From: Raillietiella orientalis
Taxonomy: Eukaryota
Length of the DNA stretch: 64,000 nucleotides
Reading direction: 5' to 3'
Assembly (NCBI GenBank): GCA_036172245.1
Contig: JAYWIR010000015.1
Location: forward strand, 3,224,001 to 3,288,000
Shown in pieces: positions 39,120 to 51,378 of this stretch. Positions within the stretch are counted from its first letter, which is position 1. Each line of letters opens with the position of its first letter. The notes beneath the pieces were generated by a model that saw only the letters and a program-made list of their open reading frames with translations, ran no database searches and had not been told where the DNA came from. Both the position numbers and the translations under genes were made by a program.

Positions 39120-39240
39120 TCTCGTCATTAATCATCATTGGATGGTCCGCCTGGTCAACAGCTCTCCGTTCTGCAGCGCAGCTGCACAAATATTTAATTA
39201 ATGGCTCTGCGCAACTTACCGTTCCTTTTCAAAGGAACCG
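39120..39240. promoter_or_regulatory. Candidate Hox/Exd-responsive enhancer
   Basis: GTCATTAATCAT (reverse ATGATTAATGAC, Exd-Hox type) at 39124-39135, TTTAATTAATGG at 39193-39204 and TTCAAAG (TCF-type) ~39228. Confidence 0.4.
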
Positions 39241-42200
39241 TTCATCTTCAGGGCATTGGCACCCGGAGACCAGGTTACCGCAAGCTGAATACAAGCACTC
39301 CCGAATCCAGGTTGAGAGAAACAGGAATCACGAATTTTTCCTTCCTGAGAGCAAACAGGGCTGAGAGGACTGAGTTATCCAGAAAAACGCCAAGGCACTT
39401 CGCTTACCACAGCTTGTAGGTTCGGGACACGCATGGCGTCTAGGAGTCTTCGAGTCCGGCGGCTTTCCCCCTATCTTCCTTTCCTCCCCCCCCCCTCTCC
39501 CCACGCACTCCGTTCAGCCGTTTCTCGGAATGCTTTGTGCACGATGTCACAAGAGCGCGGCTCGCGCGACTTTCGCCTATGCGGGATAACACGTGGAACA
39601 CTGGACACCAAAGAGATGTCGAGGATCTCGCCGTCTCTCCCATCCGGGAAAACACCCTCCATGCTTCGTAGGGGGAAGTCGGAATGGGGGAGGAGGAGGA
39701 GATGCAGAGGCTGTGCACGGGAAACATTAAGGAGAGCTTCTCCGTCCAAGAGGGAAGCGAGACTCTTCCTTTGTCGCTCCGTGCAAGAAGCACGGACGAA
39801 AGTTGACGGGTGATCACAGCGACTGCCCCGAGGGGAAACCGGAATGGCCGTCCGGACTGTTCAGCTCCCGAGTCACGCCGTCGAGACATGACGCACTTTT
39901 CGCCTGCCTCAGATGCGATGAAAGGAGGAGAGCGCGTGGAGCCGCGAGGAAAGGACACGTTCCATTGAACAAGGCGCGAAGACGCACCGAAAATGGAACA
40001 GAAAAACGGTCGGAAAGATGTTGCCGCTGCCACGATGGCATTTTTCACGGGCACGGCAGCCGCCACCTGACCGAAGCGCCACACCTCGACTGTCGACAGC
40101 CCGGGAGCATGCGCAGATATGCAGGAGGAGAGTGCCATGGTCAGAAGAGACGAAAGGTGTCCAAAAGGTTTTTCAGACGTGCTCAGTTTCGTCTGAATGC
40201 GCTGAGCATTCTTTGGGGATTCCTTCGGGGTGTCCATCCATTAAGGGGTATGGTCGAGATCTTATGTGGAGGGTGGGCTTGGATACGCCTCTAGGCTTTC
40301 GATAACCATATAATTCGTGAACTTTTTGTAGATCTGAGGTCAGGGCGAGCACCTGAGGGCAAGGAATAAAGGTGACTCTGATGTGCAGCCGAACGCACCT
40401 CTATCAAAGAGAATCAGCAAAAGAAGGTTTTCTTCTTGCGTCTTGCCGATTGCTGTGAGCGCACTTGTTCTTCCACTCTGTGTTCCCTTTCCCCACGCCT
40501 CAGAAGCCTCTCTGATCCACTTTCCACTCTGATCCAAAAGCACACGACCAGGATGCTGGCATCTGCTGACCGCTCAAACTCGCTTCTTCTTCCGAAAGAT
40601 CAGCTTGTCTTTCCCAGTGCTCCGGAAGCTACAGCAGATGGGTTTGCTTCTTGGTCTTTTCCAGAGTTTTCCCACTCCAGCCTGTTGAGCTCCTTCGCTT
40701 CAAATGGATTGATGCGCGCCTGAAAGAACCGTTCACCCGCACTGGAGCACGTGGCGCGTTTCCTGCATCCGTTGCTAGGAAGCAAGTCTGGAGTGCCGCA
40801 CTCAAATCTCAAGGAGGGTGACGATTCTTCTCTTCCGCCTCCGGATCGAGGTGGATCTCCGAAAACGTTCCTACCTCCGTTGCCATCGTTCCCCTTTACC
40901 CGAGAGAGCAAACTTGCGGACAGGGACGATCTCTTCACGACGGTGCCACTGCACAGAGGGAAAGCTTTCATTAGCCTCTCTCAGCACACCGGATTCCGGG
41001 ATTCAGATCTTCCTGGCTCGTTTCCTAAAAAGTGGAAGGAAAACATTACGGAGAGCTGAGTCCACTTGGATGTCTTCGGTGGATTGGAAACGCCCCTCGC
41101 TTGGCAAGAACGTCTGTTCGCTGTCCCCCACCAGCGGCCAGATTCCCTCCCACTTCATGGTCCAGCCTGCGATGGTTGGGTCACGCGACTGGCAGGCACG
41201 CAGCAGGGAAGTTGGCGCGAGCACTCGACTCAAGGCATCGGCAGTGCCGGCACCCATGGCCAGGGGCATCGGACTACAATCTTTGCCAAGGATTCACGTG
41301 CCCGAGGAGCCTTTCGACGTTGACCTGCAGGTACGAGGAAAGAGCCTCAACAGCGGCATCGTTTTGCGCTTCGAGCTGAGCTGCACCTCACGTCGCATGC
41401 GTTTCCCCACCACGTCTTTCACTTCTGGCGGAGCTCCACGGCAACGACGGAAGGAGTAAGGAGGAAGATGCCTCGAGCGCAGGAGCCTCGGTAGGACGAG
41501 CCCCCGCGGATGCAAACCCCCAGTCCGCTCGCGTCCCGATCACGCACGTGTCGCCTTCAGAGTTCCCTCCTTCCTTAGAGGAAGCCTCACGGATCATTTC
41601 TCGATGTCCCCCTCGAACTCTTGCGAGTCTCCACAGCATGGGACCCCCACCGCTCTTGCAAAGATGCACTGAGGGGCTTTCTAAGAGACAGGGTCAGGAA
41701 GAGTGGTCCCCGCCAGTCTGAGGTTTTCCTCTCTGCTAAGCCTCTCGTCGAGGGAAGAGTGCCTGCAGTTGGGAATGGGTGGGGTTTGGCTCCGCACCCT
41801 CACCTGTAACTCATCGAACGCGTGGTCTTGAGAAGGGACCACATGCAGCTGGTCCCCGCAAGCAGTCTCGGTCGCCATGGACCCTCCCCCCCTTCTCTGT
41901 GGTACACAATGCGAGAGCAATGCAAGCAGAAAGACCAAGGCACTCGTTTTAATTTCCTTTATTCCTTTTAATAGGGTAGGGTGGGGAGCAGGAGCAGAAC
42001 ATGGATGCGAAGATCTCGCCTTCGGCTACCGTCGTGGTTGTCCTCGAGGTCCTCGAAAAGTGGAACGACGGGGTCTTCCAGGTCGATTCCGCGCCTCTCT
42101 CTCCTCCTAACTGGAGCGCGGGGATGTCCTCGTTCCCGGGAACTTCCTCGACGACTGAGACAGTAACAGTCTGGAACTCTCGCGCAGGCGCCTCTCAGCA

Positions 42201-42877
42201 AGTGGTCCTCCAGGCCGCGGAGCTTTCGACTCCCTCGGCTTCCGGGAGCCTCCTCGGTCGTTCCCTTCTTGGGAGGAGATCGGGCTGCGGCCTCGCAAGA
42301 TGGTTTGGCGGTGCTCGTCGCTCCATCCTTCCTCCCGGCGGAAGGAGGAAAAAAACTCCAAGATAAAGCGCGGGATGCTGAGCCGGCGTGGCTTTACTCC
42401 CTGACCGCGCCGCGTCACACGAGCTGCCGCTGCACCTGCAATCCAAATGGCGCCATCCTGTTCCCGACTCGAGAAGTTCCGCACCCGCATCCGGGATGAG
42501 CCCCCCTTTCTTGAGGTTTTTCCGTGACCTTCCACTCTCCTGGCCGTCCTCGAGTGGGAGGACGAGCTTCGTCCTCACGTCGGCGATGCGCCTCCGGGAG
42601 CTGCACGGGACTCCCCTTTAGTATCCACTCCACCCCTGTTTTGCCCCCTACCCTGCTTCTTCCTTTCTGGTCTCCTCTGAGCTCCCCCGAAGGGCGGCGT
42701 TCTTCAATCAGCGCTGACAGCTTTCTCTCATCTCAGCTGCCTTCTCGGCCCGGACGGATCACGAACTCCGTGACCCTCCGCGACGCGCCCCGGTCGCCCG
42801 GCCGCCCCCGCTGACTGCTGTGACTGGAGACCAGCAGCCTCACGTTCCGCGGACCCGTTCGTTCCGAGTGCTCTCTG

Positions 42878-42900
42878 CCCCCCCCCCCCCCCCCCCCCCC
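42878..42900 (+). repeat. C23 homopolymer
   Basis: 23 consecutive C. Other long G runs at 10824-10836 and 44420-44436. Confidence 0.9.
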
Positions 42901-44141
42901 GTCCTTCCTTGGAGCAGGCTTCAACGTTTCACTGCTCCCGTCTTCCTGCGTCTTGCCATGGGGCGGCGGCGGGGGAGTGAGGGGAAACCAGAAGGAAGAA
43001 GAGGAGGGAGAGAAAAAAAAAGGAGGGGGATGAGGAGGAGAGGGAGAAGCGGGGGCGGACGGACGACTGTTCCTGGGTGGCCGCCTCCGCTGCGCGGCGG
43101 CAGCTTCCGGTAAGCCGAGAGGAGAGGAGGGGGTCGACAATATGCCTCACGTGATGCAGCAGCCGCCTCCACCGCTAAGAGAGAGGGACGGTCGGTCCCT
43201 CCCCACCTCTCTGAGGAGCCGCCGCCGCCGCCGCCGCCGCTGCCGGCTTTTCCCCCTTCCCTCCTCTCCCCCCCCCCTCCTCCTCCTCCTCCTCCTTCTC
43301 ACCTCCGTCCGTCGCCGCCGTCGGAGAAAAGTGACTGACAGCTCGAGTTATGCAAGAAAAGGCCGAATCTGCACGGCTCGGTGACTCAGCGCTGTCGTGC
43401 CGTGACGAGGCGAGGCGACCCAGAATTTTCCTCCCCCCCTCCCCCCTCCTTTCTTTTCGTATGCGCGCGGCCTCCTCCCCCGCACACCTTCCTCTACCTC
43501 GTGCGCGCTCGCGCGCGTTCTCGCTCTCCTTCCTTGACCCTCCTCCCCCTCTCCCCTTTCCCTCCACCTCCCGTTTTTTTTTTTTTTTTTTTTTTTTTCT
43601 TCCTTTTCCCCTTCTTTGCTTTCCGCCTTGCTCCTTCACGCATGCACGCCGTTTCCGCGCTTCGAGAGGCCCAGTTCGCTGAATGCGCGGCGGCGGTGAC
43701 GTCACTGCGGTCGTCGCTACCGCCGCCGTCTGCGGGAAGGGGAAGGTCCGCCGAGACCGCTCCACGCCGCTCGTCCCACAGCCGAGCCTCTCTCTCAGTG
43801 CGCACGCCGCCTCTGGTCGGGACGCGGGATCCGCACGGTCCTGAGGCGGGGGAGGGGGAAGGAGAAGATGGACAGAGGTGCATTTGAAAGCGCCGGTCCA
43901 AGAGGGAAGTAGCAGCCCTTGACCTGGGCACCTCCCGCGAGCGCAGCCGCAGCGCCGCAAGGATGAATGAAGATCCCCCTCGCTGCCGCTTTCCCCGCCC
44001 CACCCACGAAACATTCCCTCTTTTTTTTTTCCCGCTTCTGGAAGCGTCCCGCTACTTGAAGGCTCGATTCCCTGAGCGGCGCGTCCCGCCGGAAGAAGAG
44101 AGAAACGTCGTGTCCAATAAGATCGACCGCATCTTTCGTGT

Positions 44142-44147
44142 TTTATT
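44142..44147 (-). other. Candidate polyadenylation signal of tio/tsh
   Basis: AATAAA on the minus strand about 620 nt past the stop codon. Another lies at 41958-41963. Confidence 0.4.
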
Positions 44148-44763
44148 CTTTTGGCCATCCACATGAATAGGGGTGGGGCGTGCAGGAGGATGGGGGGGGA
44201 AGGAAGGTGGATATCGAAGTGGTGGCGAGACCCCTCTTCCGTTGGTGCTGCCGCCTCCTTGCTTTTTCTTCTTCCCCTTGCCCCTTCGGGTGGCGCTTTT
44301 CCTCCTTCCGCCGCGGATGACGACGGCGTTGTTTGGGGGAATGGGGGAGGGGGGGAAGAGGTCTGTTGGGATAAGGCGGATGCAGCGAAGCAGCAGCAGC
44401 TATCCCGAGTGCTGCAGAAGGGGGGGGGGGGGGGGGAGACGGGCTCCAACCGGGACTGTGCGGGGGAAGGGGGGGACGCACGCACACATCCAGGAGGAGT
44501 GGTGATGTCGCTGAGGCCCGCGCGCGCTACCCGACGCGACGGAACGGGTACGGGAGTGGTGACGACGGAAGAACGAGAAACGGGAGGAAAAAGAACGAAT
44601 TTTTTTTTTCTTTTTTCTTTCTTTCCTTTTTTTTTTTTTTTAAGAAAAAAAAAAAAAAAAAGAGGAGCCGATCGCGATTCACGGTGTGCCCACAGAGGAG
44701 CGCAGGGAACGGAGAGGGCGCGGGGAACGAAAAAAAAAAAAAAATGGAAGGAGGAAGAGGACC

Positions 44764-47700
44764 TCATATGTACTTGCTGGACAGCTGCTTGGCCAGTTCC
44801 GTGTACTTCAAGAATTTCGAATGGGGGCTCTCCTCTTCGCTAGCTTCCGTGGGGCTCTTGCACGCCTTGTGGTGGCTGCTGGTGGCGGTGCCGTTTGCAG
44901 AAGAGCAGGAGGAGGACGACGAGGAGGAAGAGGAGGGGACAGGAGGGGCGGTGCCTGCGGCGTCCGGGGGGTGCGTGTCCTTGACAAAGTGGATCTTGGA
45001 CAGGTGGTGCCGGTACGCCCCCTTGGAGATGAACGGCGTATCACAGAAAGCGCACTTCATGATGGAATCGTTGACGACGGCGTCGTTGCATGCCCAGCTG
45101 AAGGCCAGGATGGAGCCCGGGACAGAGGGCGCCACCCCCGGACAGCCGCCGCTGACGGGAGAGACGCCTCTGGCGGTGCCCCCGGTGGTGGCACCCGGGC
45201 GTGATGATATGTGGCCGTCGGTCTTCTCGCAGAGCTTCTGAAGGGCGGCGAGCGGGTGGAACCGAGGACCGGAAGAGGAGGAGGAGGAGGAGGAGGAGGG
45301 GACAGCCTTCCCAGAAGACGGTGACGTGTCCGCTGCCGCGGTCACCGCAGGGGAGGAGGAACCGGCACGGGAGCAGTTGCAGGGAGAGGAGTAAACGAGG
45401 CGCGGCAGCATGGACGTCGTCGCCTGAGCTTCCGACGAAGGCGATGAGGAGAGCTCCATTGGCAACGGGGGGGGACCGCCGCTCGTCGCCTTGGCGACGA
45501 TGGCCTGCTGCTGCGACTCCACTGGGTCTCCTCCGAAGGACGGGGCATCCCTCCTGGGCAGCGGGGCAGGAGACGACGCCGAACCTGCGCTATCACACGC
45601 CTCCGCTTCTTCCCGAGAGCTGCACCTCGGGGCGAGGTGGTACTCCGTTCTGGCGGAGCGGGAAATATGAGGAGGATGCTGTTTCTTGTCTTCGGAGGCC
45701 GGCTGACTGTCTTCTTCTTCGGCGTCGTCGTCGGCGCTTTCCAGCTCACTGATCACCAGCTTGGGGGAGACGGGGGACGAAGAGGAGGCCGGGTGGGAGG
45801 ACAGGGGGGTCTCGGAAGCCGGCGCGTGTAGCGTCCGCCTCCAAGCGGCGCCGCGCTGCTGCTGCTGCGGCACTTTCCTGCAGCTGAGGTCGGAGCTACC
45901 ACTGGACTCGCTGGCGCTCCGATGGCGGTAGGAGGAGGAGAAAGGGGACGGGCCGACCGAGTCGTAGAAGGGAGCGCCGACTGCTCCGTGGGAGTCGGCT
46001 AGTGGCTTGCTGTAGTCCACGGACTCGTCGATGCCGAGTCGCTGCAGGATGCTGGAGCCGATGGGTCCCCGACCGCCGCTCCTCGCCTTCCCGCTGACGT
46101 CGAAGCTCTTCTCGATGAGCTGCTCGATGGCGTTCAGCACGGAGGACGTGCTGCTATCCGCCAGCTCCGGACGCAGGGGCTCGTCTACTGCAGCCGCCGT
46201 CTCCCCGCCGCTGCCACTGTCCTCCGCCTTGGAGAGATCGGCTGCAGCCGCAGCGGCTGCTGCGGCGACGGCAGCGGCAGGACAGCACTCCTTGGCCTTC
46301 CGCGAAGATAACAGGTCTGCGGCGGGCGTCGCAGGATCTGTGGCAGCTGCCACCACGGGGACCCTCTTGCCGACGCACCTCCGGATGTGGTCCACGAAGA
46401 CGTGAAAGTCGATCCTGTCCCCGCACTTCTCGCATCTTATCTTCCCGCTTCCGTCGTAGGAGCGCTGGACGTCCCCGTTCCTGAACTCGTTTTGGGCGCG
46501 CTCCATCTCCAGGAGCTTCCTGACGGGCAGGGACTTTGGCTTCCTCTTTTCCTTCGACGGTTTCCTCCGACTGTTGTTCTCTGAGATCGATTTCATGATG
46601 TGCTCCTTGTAGTGGGAGTTCTTCACCATGTGGCTGCTCAGCTCTTTCAGGCTGCTGAAGGCCTTGTCGCAAACCTTGCACGTGAGCACGGCATTCACGT
46701 GGCTCTGGTTGTTCCTCTTGTCTTCTGGGGACTTCCAGGAGATAATCTGCTCCTGGGAGATGATGTTGGTGTAGTGCTGGGTTTGCTGCATGTGCGTCGT
46801 CATGTCGGCCAGGCTCGTGAAGCTTTGGCCACACCACATGCACTTAAGGATCTGCTTGGTTTGCTCCACCCCTTTCCCCAGCCACACGTCCTGCCCCCTG
46901 ACCAGCTTCCTGGGAAGGGGCATGTTGTCTTTGAGGAGGGACATACTGTCCGGAGGGGTCTTCAGGGCAGCTGGCTTGCCGGTCGTCGCATGCTGGGGTG
47001 GCACCGCCGCCGCTGCCGCCGCGGCCGCGGCCGAGAGGATGTTGCAGTGCTTCGCCTCCTTCATGTGGACGGTGAGGTTGGCGAGGGACGTGAAGCTCTG
47101 CTTGCACCAGACGCATTTGAGGATGTCGCGCGTGTTCTGCTCGTGCAGGCCCTTTGACAGCCAGTGGTTCTGCCAGGAGTTCAGCGGGGAGGAGAACGCG
47201 GAGCGGAAGACGCTGCCGTCGCAGCCGCCGCCGCTCATCCTGCTCAGTTCCTGCATCCTTTCTAGAGCCTTGCTGGACTCGCTGGGCGTCGGCACTTTGG
47301 GGTAGTCGACGAAGCTCGAGGTGACCGCTGCCGGCGGCGTCAGCAGGAAGGGATTGTTCAGGGCGGCGAGGTCAGCAGCGGACGCCGCCGCGAAGTTGGC
47401 CACCAGCGATCCCCAAGAAGAAGGAAAGGACGCCGTTCGGGAGTCCGTCACGGGCATTTTATTGTCGCATACGAGGGAGGGGGCGAAGGGGGAGACGCCT
47501 CCGCATCGTCTCTTCTTGGGAACGGACAGGTCCAGGGGGTCGTCCCCGCAGCCGCCGCCGCTGCCGCCGCCGTCGGTCAGGTCCGCGACCGGCAGGGCCG
47601 CAGCGAGTGGGGAGGAGGAGGAGGCTGCTTCACTTTTCACTAGCCTGTTCTTGCGCACGCTGAAGTCTAGAGGGATGGTGCCGTCTGAGGCAGCAGGAGA

Positions 47701-47863
47701 GACGGGCGGAGTGGACTGCATTTCGGAGGCGGGGGAGGCGGCGCTGTTGCCCGAGCGCACAGCCGGCGGCAGCGGCGGCGAGCCCTTGGCGTCGTGGGGG
47801 GCGCGCCCGTCCGGGGATTCGCAGGCCGCGGTCGAGCGGTCGGTCTCCGAGCTCTCGAAAGAT
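44764..47863 (-). CDS. tio: Tiptop/Teashirt (tio/tsh; TSHZ family) zinc-finger transcription factor, main coding exon (exon 3)
   Basis: 998-aa ORF 44764-47760 extends in frame to the acceptor CCCCGTCCCGTAG|A at 47864/47863. It has CtBP-type motifs PLDFS (47673-47659) and PLDLS (47538-47524) and tsh-type fingers CVWC..HMKEAKH, CMWC..HMQQTQH, CKVC..HMVKNSH. It also has RKLVRGQDVWLGKG, KSLPVRKLLEMER, CEKC..HIRRC, HPLAALQKLC, C-terminal finger CAFCDTPFISKGAYRHHLSKIH and terminal SKFLKYTELAKQLSSKY. Stop TGA at 44766-44764. Confidence 0.96.
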
Positions 47864-47922
47864 CTACGGGACGGGGACGATCACTCGTGACCGCAGTCCC
47901 GGCACCGACCGGCCGAGCTCAC

Positions 47923-48052
47923 CTCTGGCTCTTCAGCTCGCTGCTTTCCGGCGTTCTCGGGCGGGAGAGCTCCGAAACGGCGACGCTGCACCTGGCAGCG
48001 GCCGCTTCCTCTCTGTCGCTAAGGTAAGTCTTTTCGTCTACAGCATCTTCTA
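47923..48052 (-). CDS. tio: tio/tsh coding exon 2 (130 nt; (I)EDAVDEKTYLSDREE...ESSELKSQ(R))
   Basis: Acceptor CCCCCCTCTTTCGTTCCAG| at 48053/48052 and donor AG|GTGAGC at 47923/47922. Phase 1 in and phase 2 out join exon 1 and exon 3 in frame across a 59-nt intron (47922-47864). Confidence 0.8.
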
Positions 48053-51000
48053 CTGGAACGAAAGAGGGGGGGTCACTCGTGAGCGCGGAGACCTCCTCCG
48101 CAGCTTGCCCCGCCCTTCCCCGAAACCTTCCTTTGACCCTCCCTCCCCTGCACAAAAAGATAACAATCAAACTCGATACGAAGCTTCACACATTCCAAAA
48201 AATAGAAGGGAAGGGGGGAGGAAACCAAAAAGTCCCTGTTTTTAGATCTTCAGAGACGAAGATTCCATCGGGAGTCCTCCTCACTGGGAAGGCCCTGCAC
48301 ATAGTCGCGCCATGCAAGCAACGGGTCAGGGAAGGTGAGCGCGCGCAGAGGCACTGGGGGCGAGGGTTCAACTCCCACGAGGTCGGCCGCGAACCGGGAG
48401 GCCGCGGTTGCAGAGCGTCGGAGAGCCATCGGAAATTTCAGAGACGAACGAACGATGGCGGCATCTTCCGAGTTCCTTGTTTTTTTTTTCTGCTCCCCAG
48501 TTCCTGTTCCTCCTCTCGAGGAGAAACGACGAGACAAAGAAAAGGACGAGGGAGAAAGCGAAGTCCCCGAGGATCGAGAAAGATGAGGAAGGAGTGGAGA
48601 AGTCAGGTGAGAGGAGAACCGGCGGCGGAATGCGTGGTGCCGTCTGTGCCTTCCGTGGGGAACGACGCGTCGGGAAGAAGAAAATCCTGCGAGGCCTCCA
48701 GCCGACAAAGCCGCGACTCCCGCGGACGACCTCGCGCTGCCGATTCCCAGAGGACAATCCAGGACAGGCCCACAACGAGACTTCGTTCCCAACCCTCAAG
48801 CTCTTCTCCGAAGGAGCCGCAGCTCCGCTTCTCTCGGCTTCCTTCGGGAGAGCTCCAGATTTTCCGGGGAGGCGTGGCCGCCAGGTCCGACGCGACAGAC
48901 TTGCCCTACCCCGTTCCCTCCCCTTCCTCGGTCCCTCGGGTCGGCAGTCGAAAGGGGGACGGCGTAGGGGTAGTCAGAAATGGGCGACATAGGGGAATCC
49001 CGCCCATGTTCCCATGTACAGAGCTCCTCTGCCGAAAGCTAGATCTATGCGGTTTCTCGGTCGGGAGTTCAACACCTTCCTTCCTACGAAAGGCGCGGAT
49101 CTCCCCCGTCCTGCACCCACTCCGATTCGGCAGATGAGCGTTCCAGATCCGCGGGGGATGCACGCGGGACTTCCCTTGAAGCAATGAAGGAGAGCATGAC
49201 CCATAAAACGGAAAGCTCCAGAAAAAGACGCTGCCGACAACGCCACTGTAGCGGTATGAGCACACGGACCGACCCCCACGCATCCTCCCGTCCACTGCGG
49301 TCTTCCAGCGTCCCGCATCCAAGCCTGCTTGGGGGCGAAAGAGATGGTCTAAACGATGGGAGTCGGAGCGCTCCCGGAAGAACGACCAGTTCCCGCGCCG
49401 GTCCCTTACTCGGGCCCGATGGAGGAGGCGGCTTTCCGGAACGGCCTGCCGCGGGCGAGGTAGACGCTTCTGGGAGACGGAAGCCCGACGGCCCTCCCAT
49501 CTCCCGGTGCCACTGCTGCGACCAGAACACCACGAGGGGCGAGGTTCTCTGCCGAGCAATCCTTCCGTTCTCCGGTCCTTCCTCGGTGTTCTCCCCTGTT
49601 CCAGGTTCCTGATTTCTGGCCAGGGTCCGAGGCAAGAAACCCTCCCATCCGCCCGCACGCGCTTGCAGAGTCGATCCCGCCTCCGCCGCTAGATGTCAGA
49701 CACAAATGTTCTTCCTCTGCCGCCGCCGCCTGCTCGGGAACGGCGGCGGCTCCGCGCCTTCTCCTCTGGGTTCGAGGAACCGCTCCGGCGTTCGATAATG
49801 ATGTCATCACTCCAGCGCCGTCATCTGACAATGACGCTGGCGCGGGAACGAGTAGAGGAAGACGAAAGCGGAGATCGGGCGCGCGGGAGGCGGAGAAGAC
49901 GGCGAGCATCTGCGCGAGGCAGTGGCTGATGCTGCCGATGAGAGTACAGCCAGGATTCAGCGAGGGTGTTTGCACCAGATCTTGCGGGACGGAGGCAGAA
50001 GATCCAGGAGTCGCGCGTCGTTTCCTCGTCGGCATTTTTTCCCGTGTGGTGGGAGTAAGTGGGGGTGGGTGGGTGGGAACACAACGAGGGAAACAAAGGC
50101 AGAAGAAACAGCTCCTGGATCCTCAGCCGGGGCCGGCTCCAGTCAGCCTCGTTCGGGAGCGCGCGCGTGGGAGCGATCCGGGCGCGGGGCCACGCGAAGA
50201 CCACCCACCACCCGCTCCAGGCCGAGCAGTCTCTCTCCCTTTCCTTAACACCGGAGAGAAGGGCGGCGGGACTGGGCGTGGGCAGCAGGATGCGGAGCGC
50301 CTCCCGTTCGGTTTCCGGAGTGGCCCATCGCGGCGCGGTGTTGGCGCCCCCACGAATCCGGTCGTCCGTGGACAGGAGCTGCGAGGGTGAGGCGCTCGAG
50401 GGAGTGAACGCGTTTGCCAGCGTCCGGCGGTTTCCTGCAGCATCGGAACCGCGGGTTTCTGAGCTTCCGTGGCAGACAGACATCTCGTCTCAGCGGCAGC
50501 GATTAGGCGAAGAGGATTGGAAGGTGGGGGTCGGGTGGGTGCAACGTGGGAGTGGAGTGGGGTGGGGGAAGCAGAACTTCAGGTGATGCCGGGGTTAGGG
50601 GCATGCTAATCGCTCCTGGCACTACCGAGGAAAGTCTCGAGCTCCAAGTCGCTATCGTTCCCCACGGCAACGAGAGGCAGAGGAAGGCAAGGACGCCGAC
50701 CGGCTTGGAAGGTGCATCAGGATGCGACGAGAGGAGGCAGCGCTCCTCATCAGGAGGAAGGAAAAAAGGGAGGAGGGGAAGGCACGCACTCACTGGATGC
50801 TCTTGACGCATTCGGGACGAAGGCGGGTCGTGTGACTCGCGTGTCCTTGTCGTGAAGGGCCAAGACTGGATCGCCTTCGTCATTGCCGGCAGCAGCAGCA
50901 GCAGCAGTGATCAAAGATATCTGCTGCTCCCGAATCCAGGAACTGCTCTGATTCTGATGTGCTGTTATTGTATCCGCGCTGTCATCCTCGTCTACTTCGT

Positions 51001-51364
51001 ACTGTCACTATTGTTATCATTGTTGTTGCTATAGTTACCCCATTCATCACGGTTACGCCATCATTATACGTGTTAACAGCGCTGCTCCTGTTGATCGGGA
51101 GAGAATCCTTTTCCGGGATTCCTTGTTTTCGACCCATCCCCGAACGCTCTCGACTTCCAATCGTGCATCTCTCTCGCGCGCCCTACCCGCTCACTCGACA
51201 CGCCGCCGAATGGACGTCTCCCGAAACGCAGTGGATGGAGGGTTCCCGTCCACTTCACTTTCCCAGCGAAATTGCATTTTTTAATTAAAGTCGTAAAAAA
51301 TAGCCTGGATTTTCCTGAAGCTAATGCGGGAGCCGAGAGGAAAAGATGAGCAGGAACGAGCCCG

Positions 51365-51378
51365 GTTTCCATGGCAAC
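51365..51378. promoter_or_regulatory. RFX X-box motif in tio/tsh intron 1
   Basis: GTTTCCATGGCAAC matches GTTNCCATGGNAAC. Confidence 0.5.

Larger units (their letters stand above)
23011..41060 (+). pseudogene. Decayed dynein heavy chain, linker through AAA6 (relic 2; subfamily unresolved)
   Basis: Ordered remnants. Linker: SFFIRDLLASAYRWQQRV 23088; EDIGRSLLKEEAAWE 23268 [EDIRxQLPxExxRF]; LSDVPLLAILASLPSLLQRRL 24253 [LSxDELLEILS..PxxVQxHL]. AAA1: LVDTPSTLTEK 25083 [LVITPLTDR]; EEGLSV ~25570; HGDWG 25970-25984 [HYD(W/F)G]. AAA2: IRHG 26776, then SVKILANTF in another frame; LDGSVAGE 27161 [LDGPVD]. AAA3: FSAASS 27730. AAA4: LMEDSVLMLGSG / VPGLF 33009-33064; FVHTVSRFLQSFWCS ~33150. AAA5: LEFPVPLE ~38110. 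AAA6: SDPLSTL ~40510. Several pieces are preceded by pyrimidine-rich CAG acceptors (23010, 23446, 24240, 25065). Confidence 0.7.

Noticed and set aside
43175..44767. 530-aa minus-strand ORF abutting the tio/tsh stop, as a second gene or read-through
   Set aside because: Translation of homopolymer and microsatellite tracts (poly-F, poly-K, poly-P, poly-A); different frame from tio/tsh; no recognisable domain.
44684..47890. Plus-strand ORFs antisense to tio/tsh
   Set aside because: Expected shadow ORFs of a GC-rich coding exon.
48053..48150. Alternative acceptor TTTTTGTGCAG at 48148 for tio/tsh exon 2
   Set aside because: Joined to the phase-1 exon 1 it reaches TAG at 48052-48050; the downstream acceptor keeps the frame.
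48079..50586. Long ORFs in tio/tsh intron 1 (e.g. 352 aa at 48079-49137)
   Set aside because: Arg/Ser/Pro/Gly-rich products typical of stop-poor GC-rich DNA; no domain or splice support seen.
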